From Candidatus Levyibacteriota bacterium (GTDB lineage: Bacteria > Patescibacteriota > Microgenomatia > Levybacterales > UBA12049): a DNA stretch of 64,000 nucleotides. This document shows, piece after piece, positions 41,358 to 51,483 of this stretch. Below the pieces are notes generated by a model. It had not been told where the DNA came from. It searched no databases and saw only the letters and a program-made list of their open reading frames with translations. Location: positions 332,951 to 396,950 of the forward strand of contig OY970292.1 of NCBI GenBank assembly GCA_963716145.1. Direction: 5' to 3'. Within the stretch, counting starts at the first letter, position 1. Each line of letters begins with the position of its first letter. The position numbers were made by a program, and so were the translations under genes.

Positions 41358-42113
41358 ATGTTCCAAAGTTTACGCGTGCCATTTTTAACAATAGCTTTTG
41401 CGCTTCTTTCTCTTTTTGTCTTCACAAAGATCTTCGGACCTATTCCGTTCTCAGTAAATAGCATTACCACCAACAAACAAAGCCTTTTTACCGTCTCCGG
41501 TACAGCTGAGGTTACAGCAGTCCCGGACACTGCTACGGTATCATTGGGTGTAAATAAGACAAGCCCGACAGTTGAGGCAGGGAAAGAAGAAGTGAATAAA
41601 ATAATTAACCAAGTTACTAACGATTTAAAAAATTTAGGAGTTGATGATAAAGATATCAAAACTACCAACTACTCGGTAAATCCCAATTACGATTATTCTC
41701 AAGGTGCACAAAAAATCAACGGCTACTCAATAAATGCCAATCTCCAAGTTAAATTAAAGTCAGTCGAAAAAGCAAATAATGCAATTGATATTGCTACAAA
41801 AGACGGAGCTACTAATGTCGGCGGAGTACAATTTGTAATTGACGATGAAAAGCAAATTGAGCTAGAGAATCAAGCAAGAAAAGAGGCGATTAAAAAAGCC
41901 AAGACAAAAGCAGCAAGCATCGCAAGAGATGCCGGAATACGCCTTGGAAGAATTGTGGATGTTCAGGAAAATGGCAGTGGCAACCAACCACCTATTATGT
42001 ATGACCGAATGTCAGCGGATCAAAAAAGTTTCGCGCCAAGCGAACCAACACAACTAAACCCCGGAGAAAATAAAGTTACAAGCACCGTCTCCCTCTCCTA
42101 CGAAACACACTAG
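41358..42113 (+). CDS. SIMPL/DUF541-family secreted protein (YggE-like)
   Basis: N-terminal signal/TM. ...ATNVGGVQFVIDDEKQIELENQARKEAIKKAKTKAASIA matches the SIMPL domain's core repeat. Confidence 0.6.
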   Translation: MFQSLRVPFLTIAFALLSLFVFTKIFGPIPFSVNSITTNKQSLFTVSGTAEVTAVPDTATVSLGVNKTSPTVEAGKEEVNKIINQVTNDLKNLGVDDKDIKTTNYSVNPNYDYSQGAQKINGYSINANLQVKLKSVEKANNAIDIATKDGATNVGGVQFVIDDEKQIELENQARKEAIKKAKTKAASIARDAGIRLGRIVDVQENGSGNQPPIMYDRMSADQKSFAPSEPTQLNPGENKVTSTVSLSYETH

Positions 42114-42182
42114 ACGAGTATTAAGTATGAAGAAGTAAGTATTAAGGTTTTTGCTTAATACTTTATACTAAATACTTGATAC

Positions 42183-43118
42183 CTACTTATTGCCGCTATG
42201 GAAGGCTTTATGAACGTCTCTAAGCTGTTTGTTTGTGATGTGGGTATAAACCTGTGTTGTAGCAATATTCTTGTGTCCTAGCATTTCCTGAACCGATCTT
42301 ATATCCGCGCCATTCATTAGCAAGTCTGTAGCAAAGCTGTGTCTCAATGTGTGTACGGTTGCATCAACCGGCAATCTGGCAAGCTTAGTATATTTCTTAA
42401 CAATTCTCTCCATTGACCTAACCGTAAGTCTCATTTTTTCTCCATTATCATCCTCCTGCACGCCTTGTGAGTAACGTATGAATAGCGGCTTAAAACTGTC
42501 AACACGCAAATCCTGATATCTTTTTATCCATTCCGCTGCTCTATCGGAGATAAAAACAATCCTACCTTTTCCTCCTTTTCCGATGACCCCAAACTCACGT
42601 CTTTCCAAATTTATCTTATCCTGATTAAGACTCACAAGCTCTGACACACGAAGCCCGCTTGAAAAAAGTAGTTCCAGAACAGCCCGATCCCTCGTACCAG
42701 CTTCTGTTGACGTATCAGGCATGCTGACAAGTCTCTCAACCTGATCCCGCTCCAGAAACTTGAGACTTCGACTTTCGGTCTTTGGCAGATCAATTTTGGA
42801 AGGCTCAAGTGTAGGGACGTCATTTTTTATAAGAAAGCGTAAAAACGACCTAAGCGCGATTACATAATAATTTTGTGTCACTCTTTTGCGGGTATTTCCT
42901 TTGGCATCGGTGTGATTTGCCAAAAAAACTCTATACTTTCTAATTAAACTTAAGTCCAAATCTTTAACATTTTTTCCCGGTAGGGTAACGTTGAACCAAT
43001 CTAAGAAAACCTCAAGATAATGCCTATAATCCCGGATGGTCAATTTTGAACAGTTCTTCTCAATCTCCAGGTATTCCAAAAATTGATCAATCAATTCTGA
43101 CAGGCTATTATTCTTCAC
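42183..43118 (-). CDS. Tyrosine site-specific recombinase, XerC/XerD family
   Basis: C-terminal catalytic box HTLRHSFATDLLMNGADIRSVQEMLGHKNIATTQVYTHI (R..H-R-H...Y). N-terminal SAM-like core-binding domain. Confidence 0.85.
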   Translation of the reverse strand: MKNNSLSELIDQFLEYLEIEKNCSKLTIRDYRHYLEVFLDWFNVTLPGKNVKDLDLSLIRKYRVFLANHTDAKGNTRKRVTQNYYVIALRSFLRFLIKNDVPTLEPSKIDLPKTESRSLKFLERDQVERLVSMPDTSTEAGTRDRAVLELLFSSGLRVSELVSLNQDKINLERREFGVIGKGGKGRIVFISDRAAEWIKRYQDLRVDSFKPLFIRYSQGVQEDDNGEKMRLTVRSMERIVKKYTKLARLPVDATVHTLRHSFATDLLMNGADIRSVQEMLGHKNIATTQVYTHITNKQLRDVHKAFHSGNK

Positions 43119-43173
43119 ATATTCATTCTACGACATGTGCTGAGAGATTTGCAACCCTATGTTAAAATAGATT

Positions 43174-44589
43174 GTGACTTTTAATGAAAAATATAATGAC
43201 TGCCTCAAATATATCGATAGCTATTGGAATAAAATAATATTTAAACCCTCAAAGATAAAACTGAGGTATAAATTTATCAGTGTACCAACTTTCTTAAACG
43301 ACGTTAGGGGAAATCCTCACACGCTTTTTGTACCGTACGCTTATTTTGTGCCAAATCTGGGCGCGCAAAAGAGGATTTGCTATTGGGATAGCTTTTTTAT
43401 GTTCAAAGGATTAATTGGAACCAAAAGACAAAGTTTGATGAAAAAAATGGTCAACAATTTTATGTACCTATTTAACAGATATCAAATCATTCCAAATTTC
43501 AATGCTCCTGCCTCAATTAACCGCTCTCAACCGCCATTCCTTACTTCAATGATACTTGATGCTTACTTAACACCTCTAACCGGTCATAAAATACGCAAAT
43601 ATTATTTCGGCATCCGTGGCCAGGTGCATAAAATCACAAATAAAAATTGGCTAATACGCGCAATTAACACTGCCAAAAAAGAATATGAGATTGTCTGGAT
43701 AGATAAAAAAAATCTTTATAATCATCATGTAGAGGGTTTTTGTTTGTCCCGTTATGGCGACCGGGATATCGGCTACGCGCACTCATCCGAGCTTGAGTCC
43801 GGATGGGATATGACCTCAAGATTTTACAACCGCGCTGATCAATTTTTGCCAATCGACCTCAATGTATATCTTTATAAATACGAAAAAGACTTTGCGTATG
43901 TAGCAAAAATGCTTGGGAATCATAAAGAAGCTGAGCAATGGAACAAAAAAGCCGCAAACCGAAGCGCGGAAATTAATCAATTCATGTGGGACGACAAAGA
44001 AAAATTCTTTTTCGATTACGGATATAACTATCAGCAAGTAAGCTTATTCATGTCCCTTGCGTCATATACGCCTCTCTGGGCAGGCCTAGCGACTGTGAGT
44101 CAGGCAAAGCATATGGTCAAAAAGCTTCCGCTATTTGAAACTCCTTTTGGACTAACAATATCTACTAAGGATTCTCTTGCAAAATCAATTGATTTGAAAA
44201 AAATTCAAAGAAGATATCATCCCGCGCTTGAAGATATAATTAAACCCAAGCAATGGGATTATCCCAATATCTGGTCGCCGCTTGAGTACCTGACTGTAAT
44301 CGGGCTTTTGAAATACGGATATGTAAGTGACGCAAAAAGGATAATGGAAAAATCCGTAAAAGCACACGCAAACGTATATCACACGCATCATACATTTTTT
44401 GAAAAAATTGATGGTATTACTGGTGGATCCGGCAAAGGCGCTCTTTATGGTGATCAGGACGGCTTTGGCTGGACCAACGCTGTCTTCTATCGCTACATAC
44501 AGATCCTTGACGCTTTGCATTCAAATCAATCAATTTATGTAGAGCCAAAACCTGGCATTCCTCCCCATGAACTTTCAATACCTTATTAA
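43174..44589 (+). CDS. Trehalase (glycoside hydrolase family 37), GTG start
   Basis: QWDYPNIWSPLEY matches trehalase signature 2 (QWDxPxGWAPL). DQDGFGWTNAVF is the C-terminal conserved block. Confidence 0.7.
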   Translation: MTFNEKYNDCLKYIDSYWNKIIFKPSKIKLRYKFISVPTFLNDVRGNPHTLFVPYAYFVPNLGAQKRICYWDSFFMFKGLIGTKRQSLMKKMVNNFMYLFNRYQIIPNFNAPASINRSQPPFLTSMILDAYLTPLTGHKIRKYYFGIRGQVHKITNKNWLIRAINTAKKEYEIVWIDKKNLYNHHVEGFCLSRYGDRDIGYAHSSELESGWDMTSRFYNRADQFLPIDLNVYLYKYEKDFAYVAKMLGNHKEAEQWNKKAANRSAEINQFMWDDKEKFFFDYGYNYQQVSLFMSLASYTPLWAGLATVSQAKHMVKKLPLFETPFGLTISTKDSLAKSIDLKKIQRRYHPALEDIIKPKQWDYPNIWSPLEYLTVIGLLKYGYVSDAKRIMEKSVKAHANVYHTHHTFFEKIDGITGGSGKGALYGDQDGFGWTNAVFYRYIQILDALHSNQSIYVEPKPGIPPHELSIPY

Positions 44590-44639
44590 TGTTCCAAATA
44601 ATTCTTTGATGAAATAACTGCCGCGAAAACACTCTTCTC

Positions 44640-45110
44640 CACCCATAAAATAGCTGAGGGGAGGCAAGATTTATACCTAGCTTCGATTTAGCCTCGAATT
44701 TCCAACCTATAGTAGGGGAGTGCATGGTGAATGAGGGCATGGGTAAGCCGGCAACTAATAGGGAAATTAGCAACCAAGTTTAAGATAACTAGTTGTTAAA
44801 TATAAACAAATAAAGTGATAATTTGTGACAGTTGAGGACTCCTCCCCTAGGCTTTTGAGGCTGATCCATGTCGTAAAAGTATTATTGTGCGACATACACA
44901 CTATTATCTTCTACCGCCTTGAAATGCTCCAAAATGTTTTTTGGCGTTGAGATGGCAATCGGGAAACACATACTTTAACTTTATGCTCTGATGGACCCTT
45001 TCCCGGAAAGTTTATTAAAAGTAATAGTTAATAAATTTTTTACCTACTCCTCCATATAAGAGACGAGATGACAGAAGGTCTACCGCAATCCATAAACATT
45101 AGCGCTAAGT
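44640..45110 (+). ncRNA. Candidate structured non-coding RNA in a 940-bp convergent intergenic region. It may be a degenerate RNase P RNA. Strand and boundaries are uncertain.
   Basis: No ORF of 60 aa or more on any frame in 44774-45529, flanked by two converging gene ends. There is a locally GC-richer island. GAGGGcauGGGUAAGCCGGCAACUAAUAGGGAAAUUAGCAACC (44733-44775) resembles the bacterial RNase P P4/CR-I block GAGGGGAGGAAAGUCCGGGCUCCAUAGGGCAGGGUGCCAGG. GAGGGGAGG (44656-44664) can pair with CCUCCCCU (44841-44848). Confidence 0.25.
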
Positions 45111-45529
45111 GGTTACAGTTAATTCTATAAACTGGCCGTTATTCCTCAATCAGACTACCTCTCTTTCGTAATTAAAAATGCATTTCATTTAGATTGTTAA
45201 ATCAATCCAATCATTACATTTTAGCCTCGAAAACATTAAAAAAGCATTTTCGTATTATTTTTATTTGAATGGTCTATTTTTCCCCCAGAAGAGTGAAGAG
45301 GCATTAATCCTTAAGTTTATGACTGTAATATAATATACGTGACATGTACTTCTGAAGCACGCGCTAATGAAGAGGATTTTTACGCTATAAGATATATTTG
45401 TGCCTGTGAAAACTGACCTCTGTGAAAAGTTATCCACATTACTATATCAAACTATATCATTTTATTATAGGACTTATATAAGATATCTCTTTTGTGACTC
45501 CCCTCTTCCCTGTTCTGTAAGACTCAAAA

Positions 45530-46381
45530 TTATTTTCCCCAAGGAGTAAATAAAATTAATACAAAAAATATTATGCAACCAACCCAAACATATTCCCACA
45601 TAATTCCTTTAAAGAGCCGTCTCTCAAACCAGATATGGGAAAGCCCTACTATCGCATAAAAAAATCCTGTCAGGAAAAGTGCAATAAAAGTCGGGCTACT
45701 CGGCCAGAACCACAACAAAATACTCGCTTCAATCAAGCATACGGTCAAAATTGCTGTCCAAATTAATAGTGGTTTATTAATCTTTTGAAGGGTATATGTC
45801 CATAAAGAATGATATATGAGAAAAAAGCTGTAAATCAGAACAAGTATTATGACTATTAAAAGATTTGTATGAAGAGTAAAAACGATATTTGTTAAGAAAA
45901 AATAGGACAAGAGAGTCGTAACAAAAGAAACAATCCGTGCTCCCGATAACAAAGTTATTGTCCTGGTCGAAGAGACAGCCAATATATTTTGACTAAGAAA
46001 AACCGAATATACTCCAAATGCGTAAATTATGCTCAGGAGAAGCCGGAAGACAAAGGAAGAAGGAGAAAGAAAATAGAACATTCCAAAACTTAAGCTATAA
46101 AAAAAAGGCAATATAAACGCCTCGCTAGTATGTGTCTCCTTTAAATCCCGATATATTGCCCAATAGAGAAAAAGGCCTGTTAAAATAGACAACAATATGG
46201 GAACAAAAATACCCCCTTTTCCAAATTGGTTCTCAGTTAAAAATAACCCAATTGATAAAAATAATGTTCCGATTACAAACTTCTGTCTTTTGTCAATTAA
46301 GAAAGAAAAGTTCCTTCTCCCCTTTTTGGTTCTAGTCAAAAGCCTATTTGCTTTTGCATTTTGCAGCTCCTCATTATTCAC
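45530..46381 (-). CDS. Polytopic integral membrane protein (8-9 TM), unknown function. GTG start overlapping the yebC stop.
   Basis: Continuous hydrophobic helices. No catalytic motif recognised. Confidence 0.5.
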   Translation of the reverse strand: MNNEELQNAKANRLLTRTKKGRRNFSFLIDKRQKFVIGTLFLSIGLFLTENQFGKGGIFVPILLSILTGLFLYWAIYRDLKETHTSEAFILPFFYSLSFGMFYFLSPSSFVFRLLLSIIYAFGVYSVFLSQNILAVSSTRTITLLSGARIVSFVTTLLSYFFLTNIVFTLHTNLLIVIILVLIYSFFLIYHSLWTYTLQKINKPLLIWTAILTVCLIEASILLWFWPSSPTFIALFLTGFFYAIVGLSHIWFERRLFKGIMWEYVWVGCIIFFVLILFTPWGK

Positions 46382-47132
46382 TAAGTATTTCCTCCATTAG
46401 ATCATCCTGAATATCAAAGTTAACATATACCTTATGTACATCATCGAGCTCTTCCAAAATCTCGACAAATTTTATTGCCTTCTCCGCTTTCTCTTTGTCC
46501 GAAATAGAATTAATTGTTATTGGTTTCCAGAAAAGATGGGATTCCTTAATGCTTAATCCCTGTTCAGCAAGTGCTAAACGTGCTTTTGCTGAATCTTCTG
46601 ATTTTGTATAAATAATTACATCATCTCCATTGTCTTCCACGTCCTCAGCGCTGCTATCTGCTGCAATAAGAAATATTTCATCAAGCGTCTTGCCATCTTT
46701 TCTAACTGTAATCATCCCCTTTTTTTTAAACAGATAAAGAGCACTTCCCGCAACCCCCAGACTGCCTCCGTTTTTCTCGAAAGCGTTTTTTACCTCTGCT
46801 ATTGTTCTTTGTTTTTTGTCAGTTAGAGTTTCTACTATTACACTAAATCCACCTGGGCCAAAGCCTTCATAAATAATTTCCTCAATATCCCCAACTTGAC
46901 CGCCGCTGGCGCGCTCAATTGCGCGCTTGATGTTTTCTTTAGGCATGTTAGCCGCTCGAGCTTCTTCAACTGCTAAACGCAGTCTAAAATTACTATTTGG
47001 ATCTGTAACTCCCCCACCCTCCCGTACTGCAGTGGTTATTGAGTAAGAAAGCTTGGTGAACACTTGTCCCCTTTTTTGATCCTTAGTTCCTTTCTGCCTT
47101 TTTATCGTCGACCACTTTGAATGTCCTGACAT
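46374..47132 (-). CDS. YebC/PmpR-family transcriptional regulator
   Basis: MSGHSKWSTIKRQKGTKDQKRG...DPNSNFRLRLAVEEARAANMPKENIKRAIE is the canonical YebC N-terminus. Confidence 0.85.
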   Translation of the reverse strand: MSGHSKWSTIKRQKGTKDQKRGQVFTKLSYSITTAVREGGGVTDPNSNFRLRLAVEEARAANMPKENIKRAIERASGGQVGDIEEIIYEGFGPGGFSVIVETLTDKKQRTIAEVKNAFEKNGGSLGVAGSALYLFKKKGMITVRKDGKTLDEIFLIAADSSAEDVEDNGDDVIIYTKSEDSAKARLALAEQGLSIKESHLFWKPITINSISDKEKAEKAIKFVEILEELDDVHKVYVNFDIQDDLMEEILSE

Positions 47133-47205
47133 AGAAGCTTTATTATACTCTTGATATATTGACTTTTGCAACAAATGTTAGTACAATTCTTCAATCTTCG
47201 CACTC

Positions 47206-47853
47206 ATGATATCTTTAAAATCTCAAGCAATTCAAACCGCACTAGTTGGAGACTGGACCAACGCAATTAGCCTCAATCAATTAATACTCAAGGAATATCC
47301 CGATGACATAAATACACTAAACAGACTGGGATTTGCACTACTGAGTGTTGGAAACATTAAGGAAGCAAAAACGGTTTATGAAAAAGTGTTGTCCTTGGAT
47401 ATGAAAAACCCAATTGCAATACGCAATATAAAAAGACTAAACGGCGCAAATAGCGTAAAAACAAACATAACCATAAATAATCTTTTCATTGAGGAAACAG
47501 GAAAAACAAAAATAATCGAACTAATTAATATTGCTGAAAAAAAAGTAATATCTTATCTGAGATCAGGTGAGAAAATTTCAATACGCATTAAACGAAATAA
47601 AATATTTGCATTGGACTCCGAAGAACGTTACATAGGCATGCTTCCTGATGATATCTGCCGAAGACTTACTGAATTTATTAATGGAGGTAATTTGTATGAT
47701 GCTTACATCTGGACAGTAGATGATAACAAGATTTGTGTTTTTATACGCGAAGTTAAAAGAGTAAAAAAGTATACGAATCAGCCCTCTTTTATATCAAACG
47801 AGAAATCCAAAGCAGTACTTGAAAAAATCCCTCACTTGGATGAGTCTTTGTGA
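47206..47853 (+). CDS. TPR-like repeat protein, function unknown
   Basis: NAISLNQLILKEYPDDINTLNRLGFALLSVGNIKEAKTVYEKVLSLD has TPR helix-turn-helix periodicity. Confidence 0.4.
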   Translation: MISLKSQAIQTALVGDWTNAISLNQLILKEYPDDINTLNRLGFALLSVGNIKEAKTVYEKVLSLDMKNPIAIRNIKRLNGANSVKTNITINNLFIEETGKTKIIELINIAEKKVISYLRSGEKISIRIKRNKIFALDSEERYIGMLPDDICRRLTEFINGGNLYDAYIWTVDDNKICVFIREVKRVKKYTNQPSFISNEKSKAVLEKIPHLDESL

Positions 47854-47986
47854 TAAATTACCCGACTTTTCTGTAGCTGCTTTTTTACTTTTGCTACTTC
47901 TTCAAGTTGACTTTGTTTCTTAAGTGACCACAACGCTAAAATAATTGAAATGGCTGCAATAACTATTAATACAATAAACATATAAT

Positions 47987-48799
47987 TTAATAGCCTGATG
48001 GATTCTTACTATCCTCCCCTATTATTATAACAATTTTTGCTACTGTTTCTTTATCAATTTTTTTAACCGGAAATTTTAAAACTGTTTTTAGTTTTTCCAA
48101 AGTACGGCTGGCTTGTCCAAGGTATTCAATCCGTGATAGTTTTTCCTGGACATGCGGTGTTGTTACAGCAACAACATTTGCTCCCATGTTGGTAAGACAG
48201 CGCTCAAGTCTCTTGCCTAGTCCAGATTCATCAGTCGCATTAACAACGGCTATGCTGATATTATCCGTACTTAGTGTGTCATTTTTAAACAAAACACTAA
48301 CAATCTTATCGACTTCGCTCTGCTTAGCAGTTCGCTCTATCTCTTCCACTTGCCTGCCGTTGCTTGAAACATTTTTTGAAAAGAGTATGAGCCGGGCAAT
48401 ATCAAAAATGGTCAAGTCAGTTTTGATTGAATCTTGTCCAAATGCTGCTTTTACTAGTATTGATTCCGGATTTTCTCCTGAAAGATCATACTCGGAATTT
48501 ATTTTACCATCTACTATTATTCCCAGCTCTTGCCCTATCGAACCAATAGCTATACTGCTGTTTTTTATCTTTAAGACAGAAATTGAATTTTTACTGGAAT
48601 TAAAATCTAAAATCGAGACAACGCGATTCTTCTGGGTGATTGCAACATTAAGGCTATTCCCGTCATACCTACTTTGTCTAATGACAAAAATTGCTTTAAT
48701 ACTTAGGGAAACAAGCATAACAAAAAAAACAATAAATGTGTAAAGAAAAAAAGTTTTAATACTTTTGTTATCTTTTTTAATGGCTTTCTTTTTTGTCAT
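47987..48799 (-). CDS. Membrane-anchored LytR_C (LytR/CpsA/Psr C-terminal) domain protein
   Basis: N-terminal TM. C-terminal ISIAVVNATDESGLGKRLERCLTNMGANVVAVTT is the LytR_C-type fold. Confidence 0.5.
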   Translation of the reverse strand: MTKKKAIKKDNKSIKTFFLYTFIVFFVMLVSLSIKAIFVIRQSRYDGNSLNVAITQKNRVVSILDFNSSKNSISVLKIKNSSIAIGSIGQELGIIVDGKINSEYDLSGENPESILVKAAFGQDSIKTDLTIFDIARLILFSKNVSSNGRQVEEIERTAKQSEVDKIVSVLFKNDTLSTDNISIAVVNATDESGLGKRLERCLTNMGANVVAVTTPHVQEKLSRIEYLGQASRTLEKLKTVLKFPVKKIDKETVAKIVIIIGEDSKNPSGY

Positions 48800-48855
48800 A
48801 TATTTAGTATATCAGAGATGATCAAGCAAAATCTAAATGGGGATTAAGTAAACAA

Positions 48856-49590
48856 CTAAAACTCTGTGAGGTCTTTTAATAATTCTGACAGCTCGTTTGG
48901 CAATGCACTTTCAAACCTTACTTCCTTCCCCTCAGCAGGATGAGTAAAAGTAACTTTTGCAGCATGAAGGAATACACGGGGCAGCACTTTTCTATCTTTT
49001 CTAGCAGTCTTTCGTCCTGCATACAGAAAGTCTGAGAAAACAGGAAAGTTAATATATTTTAGATGAACTCTTATTTGGTGAGTCCTTCCCGACTGAGGAT
49101 ATATCTCTACCAGACTTAGAGCCTCATTTGTTTTAGGATTCTTGTAATACTTTAAAACCTTATACAAAGTTTTAGACTCTCGTCCACCGGGTAGGATACC
49201 GAATTGTTTTCTATTCCAAGGAAGCCTTCCAACTGGGACATTTATTTCTCCGCTTTCAGGAATAATTTTTCCGTGAGCTAAGGATATATAAGTTTTATTA
49301 ACTTTTCTCTCCTTAAATTGTTTTTGGATTTTGTCGAATGCATCTATGGTTTTTGCAATTATTAAGATCCCGGAGGTTTCTTTATCAAGACGGTGAACAA
49401 TTCCACCTCTTTTATAAAAATCACTCTCGATGTCAATTAATGGACTTTCTTTAACAAGATCCAGCTTATCTTCAGTCCATTCCTGGATCGTAAATTGATT
49501 TGCAGTAGTATCAGACTTATTTACTATAATTCCAGCAGGCTTATCGATAATTAATAAATCGTCATCTTCATAAATAATTTTAATGTTCAT
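48856..49590 (-). CDS. RluA-family pseudouridine synthase (no S4 domain)
   Basis: Catalytic motif GIVHRLDKETSGILIIAKT (HRLD..TSG). Confidence 0.8.
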   Translation of the reverse strand: MNIKIIYEDDDLLIIDKPAGIIVNKSDTTANQFTIQEWTEDKLDLVKESPLIDIESDFYKRGGIVHRLDKETSGILIIAKTIDAFDKIQKQFKERKVNKTYISLAHGKIIPESGEINVPVGRLPWNRKQFGILPGGRESKTLYKVLKYYKNPKTNEALSLVEIYPQSGRTHQIRVHLKYINFPVFSDFLYAGRKTARKDRKVLPRVFLHAAKVTFTHPAEGKEVRFESALPNELSELLKDLTEF

Positions 49591-49593
49591 TTT

Positions 49594-50214
49594 TCATTTA
49601 GCTCTGAATAAACTTTGCTTCACCAGCAAAGCAATACTTATGGTAATTATTACTAATAATGAAACATTCTCCGAATTCCAAAAAAACATTTGTCCTTTTA
49701 TCAAATTAAATATTGATATTAAAAGCGAGAACGAGGAAAAAAGTATAAAAATATAAATACTCAGATTACCTTCCTTAAATGTTCTGCTCATAATTCTTGG
49801 TAGAAGCCTTCGAGTGAAAAACAAGGTAAGTAGTAAATAAATAAAAGCTTGAAAAAGATGCACAATGATTTCATTTTTTTTAAAAAATAGACCAAGCATT
49901 AAAAATGCAATAGGCAGCGAATTTAGAAAACTGAGTGCGGAAAAATCAAAGAGACGACCTAAGGGAAATTTTCTGTATTTTCCAATTAAGAACAAAATCA
50001 ACCCACCTCCTATTACAACTTGAGGAATCGATAAGCTATCTTTTGTAGAAGCAAATTGCGCAAGAATAAGTCCCACTATAGTAGCTATAAAAACAATATC
50101 AAATACTTGCTCATTTTTTATATTTTTACGTAAGAAAACATGATCCTCCTTCACAAGTTTATAAAGTGTAAATAAAAAAAATATAAATGATGGAATAAAG
50201 ATAATGATTTTCAT
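49594..50214 (-). CDS. Integral membrane protein (6-7 TM), unknown function
   Basis: Hydrophobic throughout. No conserved Lgt or other signature confirmed. Confidence 0.4.
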   Translation of the reverse strand: MKIIIFIPSFIFFLFTLYKLVKEDHVFLRKNIKNEQVFDIVFIATIVGLILAQFASTKDSLSIPQVVIGGGLILFLIGKYRKFPLGRLFDFSALSFLNSLPIAFLMLGLFFKKNEIIVHLFQAFIYLLLTLFFTRRLLPRIMSRTFKEGNLSIYIFILFSSFSLLISIFNLIKGQMFFWNSENVSLLVIITISIALLVKQSLFRAK

Positions 50215-50223
50215 GCAATTCAG

Positions 50224-51481
50224 TGCTTAATTTTAACTGCCCATATTACTCCCACGATTAAAAGGCTTACTCCAATTCCTACTATAACCACGCCGACTCC
50301 AATTAAATCAGAAAGACCCCCCACGATAATTATAGGAAGAAGAGAAAGGCCCCGATTATACTATTTAAAAATCCGTATATTTTACCGCGAATTTCCTCTG
50401 TAGTTTTTTCTTGAAGAATTGTATTGGCAGGAACAAAAACAAAAGAGTTTGCAACTCCAAGAACAAAGGCAAGAAAAACCATAATATGTAAAATGTTTAT
50501 TTCAACAACATGTGGCAGATAATCATTCAGCGCATGAACAAATCCTCTGGATGCGACTTTGGATCCATATGGCAAAAGCATCATAGCAACTCCTGAAATA
50601 AATATACCGGATGTTATCAATTTTTCTTTAATATGGCTATGAAATATTTTAACTATAAGAGTGGCTCCTATAACCATACCCAGAGCAGCCGGAGCGGCAA
50701 AAAGAAGTGGAAAATCCTCTATGGGAATTTTCAATATTTGACTTGCGTATCCCGGAGCAATAGTAGCTATAATTAAAATTAAAATTTGGGAAAGTGCGAG
50801 TAGAAAAAGTGAACGGGAAATTTGTTTTGTTCTTGACATTAAAGACAATGTATATTTTATATCTTTAAATATTTCTGGTTTTTCCTTAACTGTTTTTAGC
50901 ATGGTTGTACTTTTTATATCTATAAGTGAAATAAATCCGGCCCTTACTAGTAACATTCCTGCAAGTAAAATTAGCGTTCCTTCCGGCTTTAAAAAAATGA
51001 TGACAGGACCTGATAGAACATAAGCTATAAGAATTGATGCAAATACGGCCATGCCAAAAAGTGCATTGGCAGATAGCAGATTTTTTTCTTTCACAACTAA
51101 TGGTACCATGGGCGTTTCAGCCGGGATAAAAAATTGAACGAATACGCTAACAGTAAGAGATATGACGTAAATCATAAAAATATTATGCAATAAAAACACC
51201 AAAGCAATCATTAGAATAGCCCTAAACGTATTTGTTAAAATTAATACCTTTTTTTTGTCCCAACGGTCGACATAAACTCCCGCAATAGAACCAAAAAGAA
51301 TTGCCGGTAACGTAAAAGACAATACAACTCCTGATACTGCAGTATTTGAATGCGTAATTTTAAAAACTATAAGAACTAAAAAAAAGTTAAAAAGATGCGT
51401 TGGTATTTGAGTAAAGATTTCTCCAATCCAGAGAAAAAGAAAAGCTCTCTCAGAGAGCGCGGCAAATGTACTATTTTTCAT
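50224..51481 (-). CDS. MFS transporter. The reading frame is interrupted by a 1-nt deletion in a G/C run near 50340. The true C-terminus extends to ~50224.
   Basis: The ORF-track protein ends ...NSIIGAFLFFL* after TM11. The -1 frame continues as ...LPIIIVGGLSDLIGVGVVIVGIGVSLLIVGVIWAVKIKH*, a twelfth TM helix. Confidence 0.65.
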
Positions 51482-51483
51482 AT

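Noticed and set aside
42183-43118. XerD-like tyrosine recombinase as a marker of an integrated mobile element
   Set aside because: There is no flanking integrase-associated cargo, no tRNA target next to it and no direct repeats. The flanking genes are ordinary chromosomal (SIMPL, trehalase). Most likely the chromosomal dimer-resolution recombinase.
44417-44773. Minus-strand 118-aa ORF overlapping the trehalase 3' end and extending into the gene-free spacer
   Set aside because: It starts inside the candidate ncRNA region and runs antisense into a well-supported trehalase CDS. Its composition is basic and Arg-rich, as expected from the antisense of coding sequence. Treated as spurious. It does not explain the 940-bp spacer.
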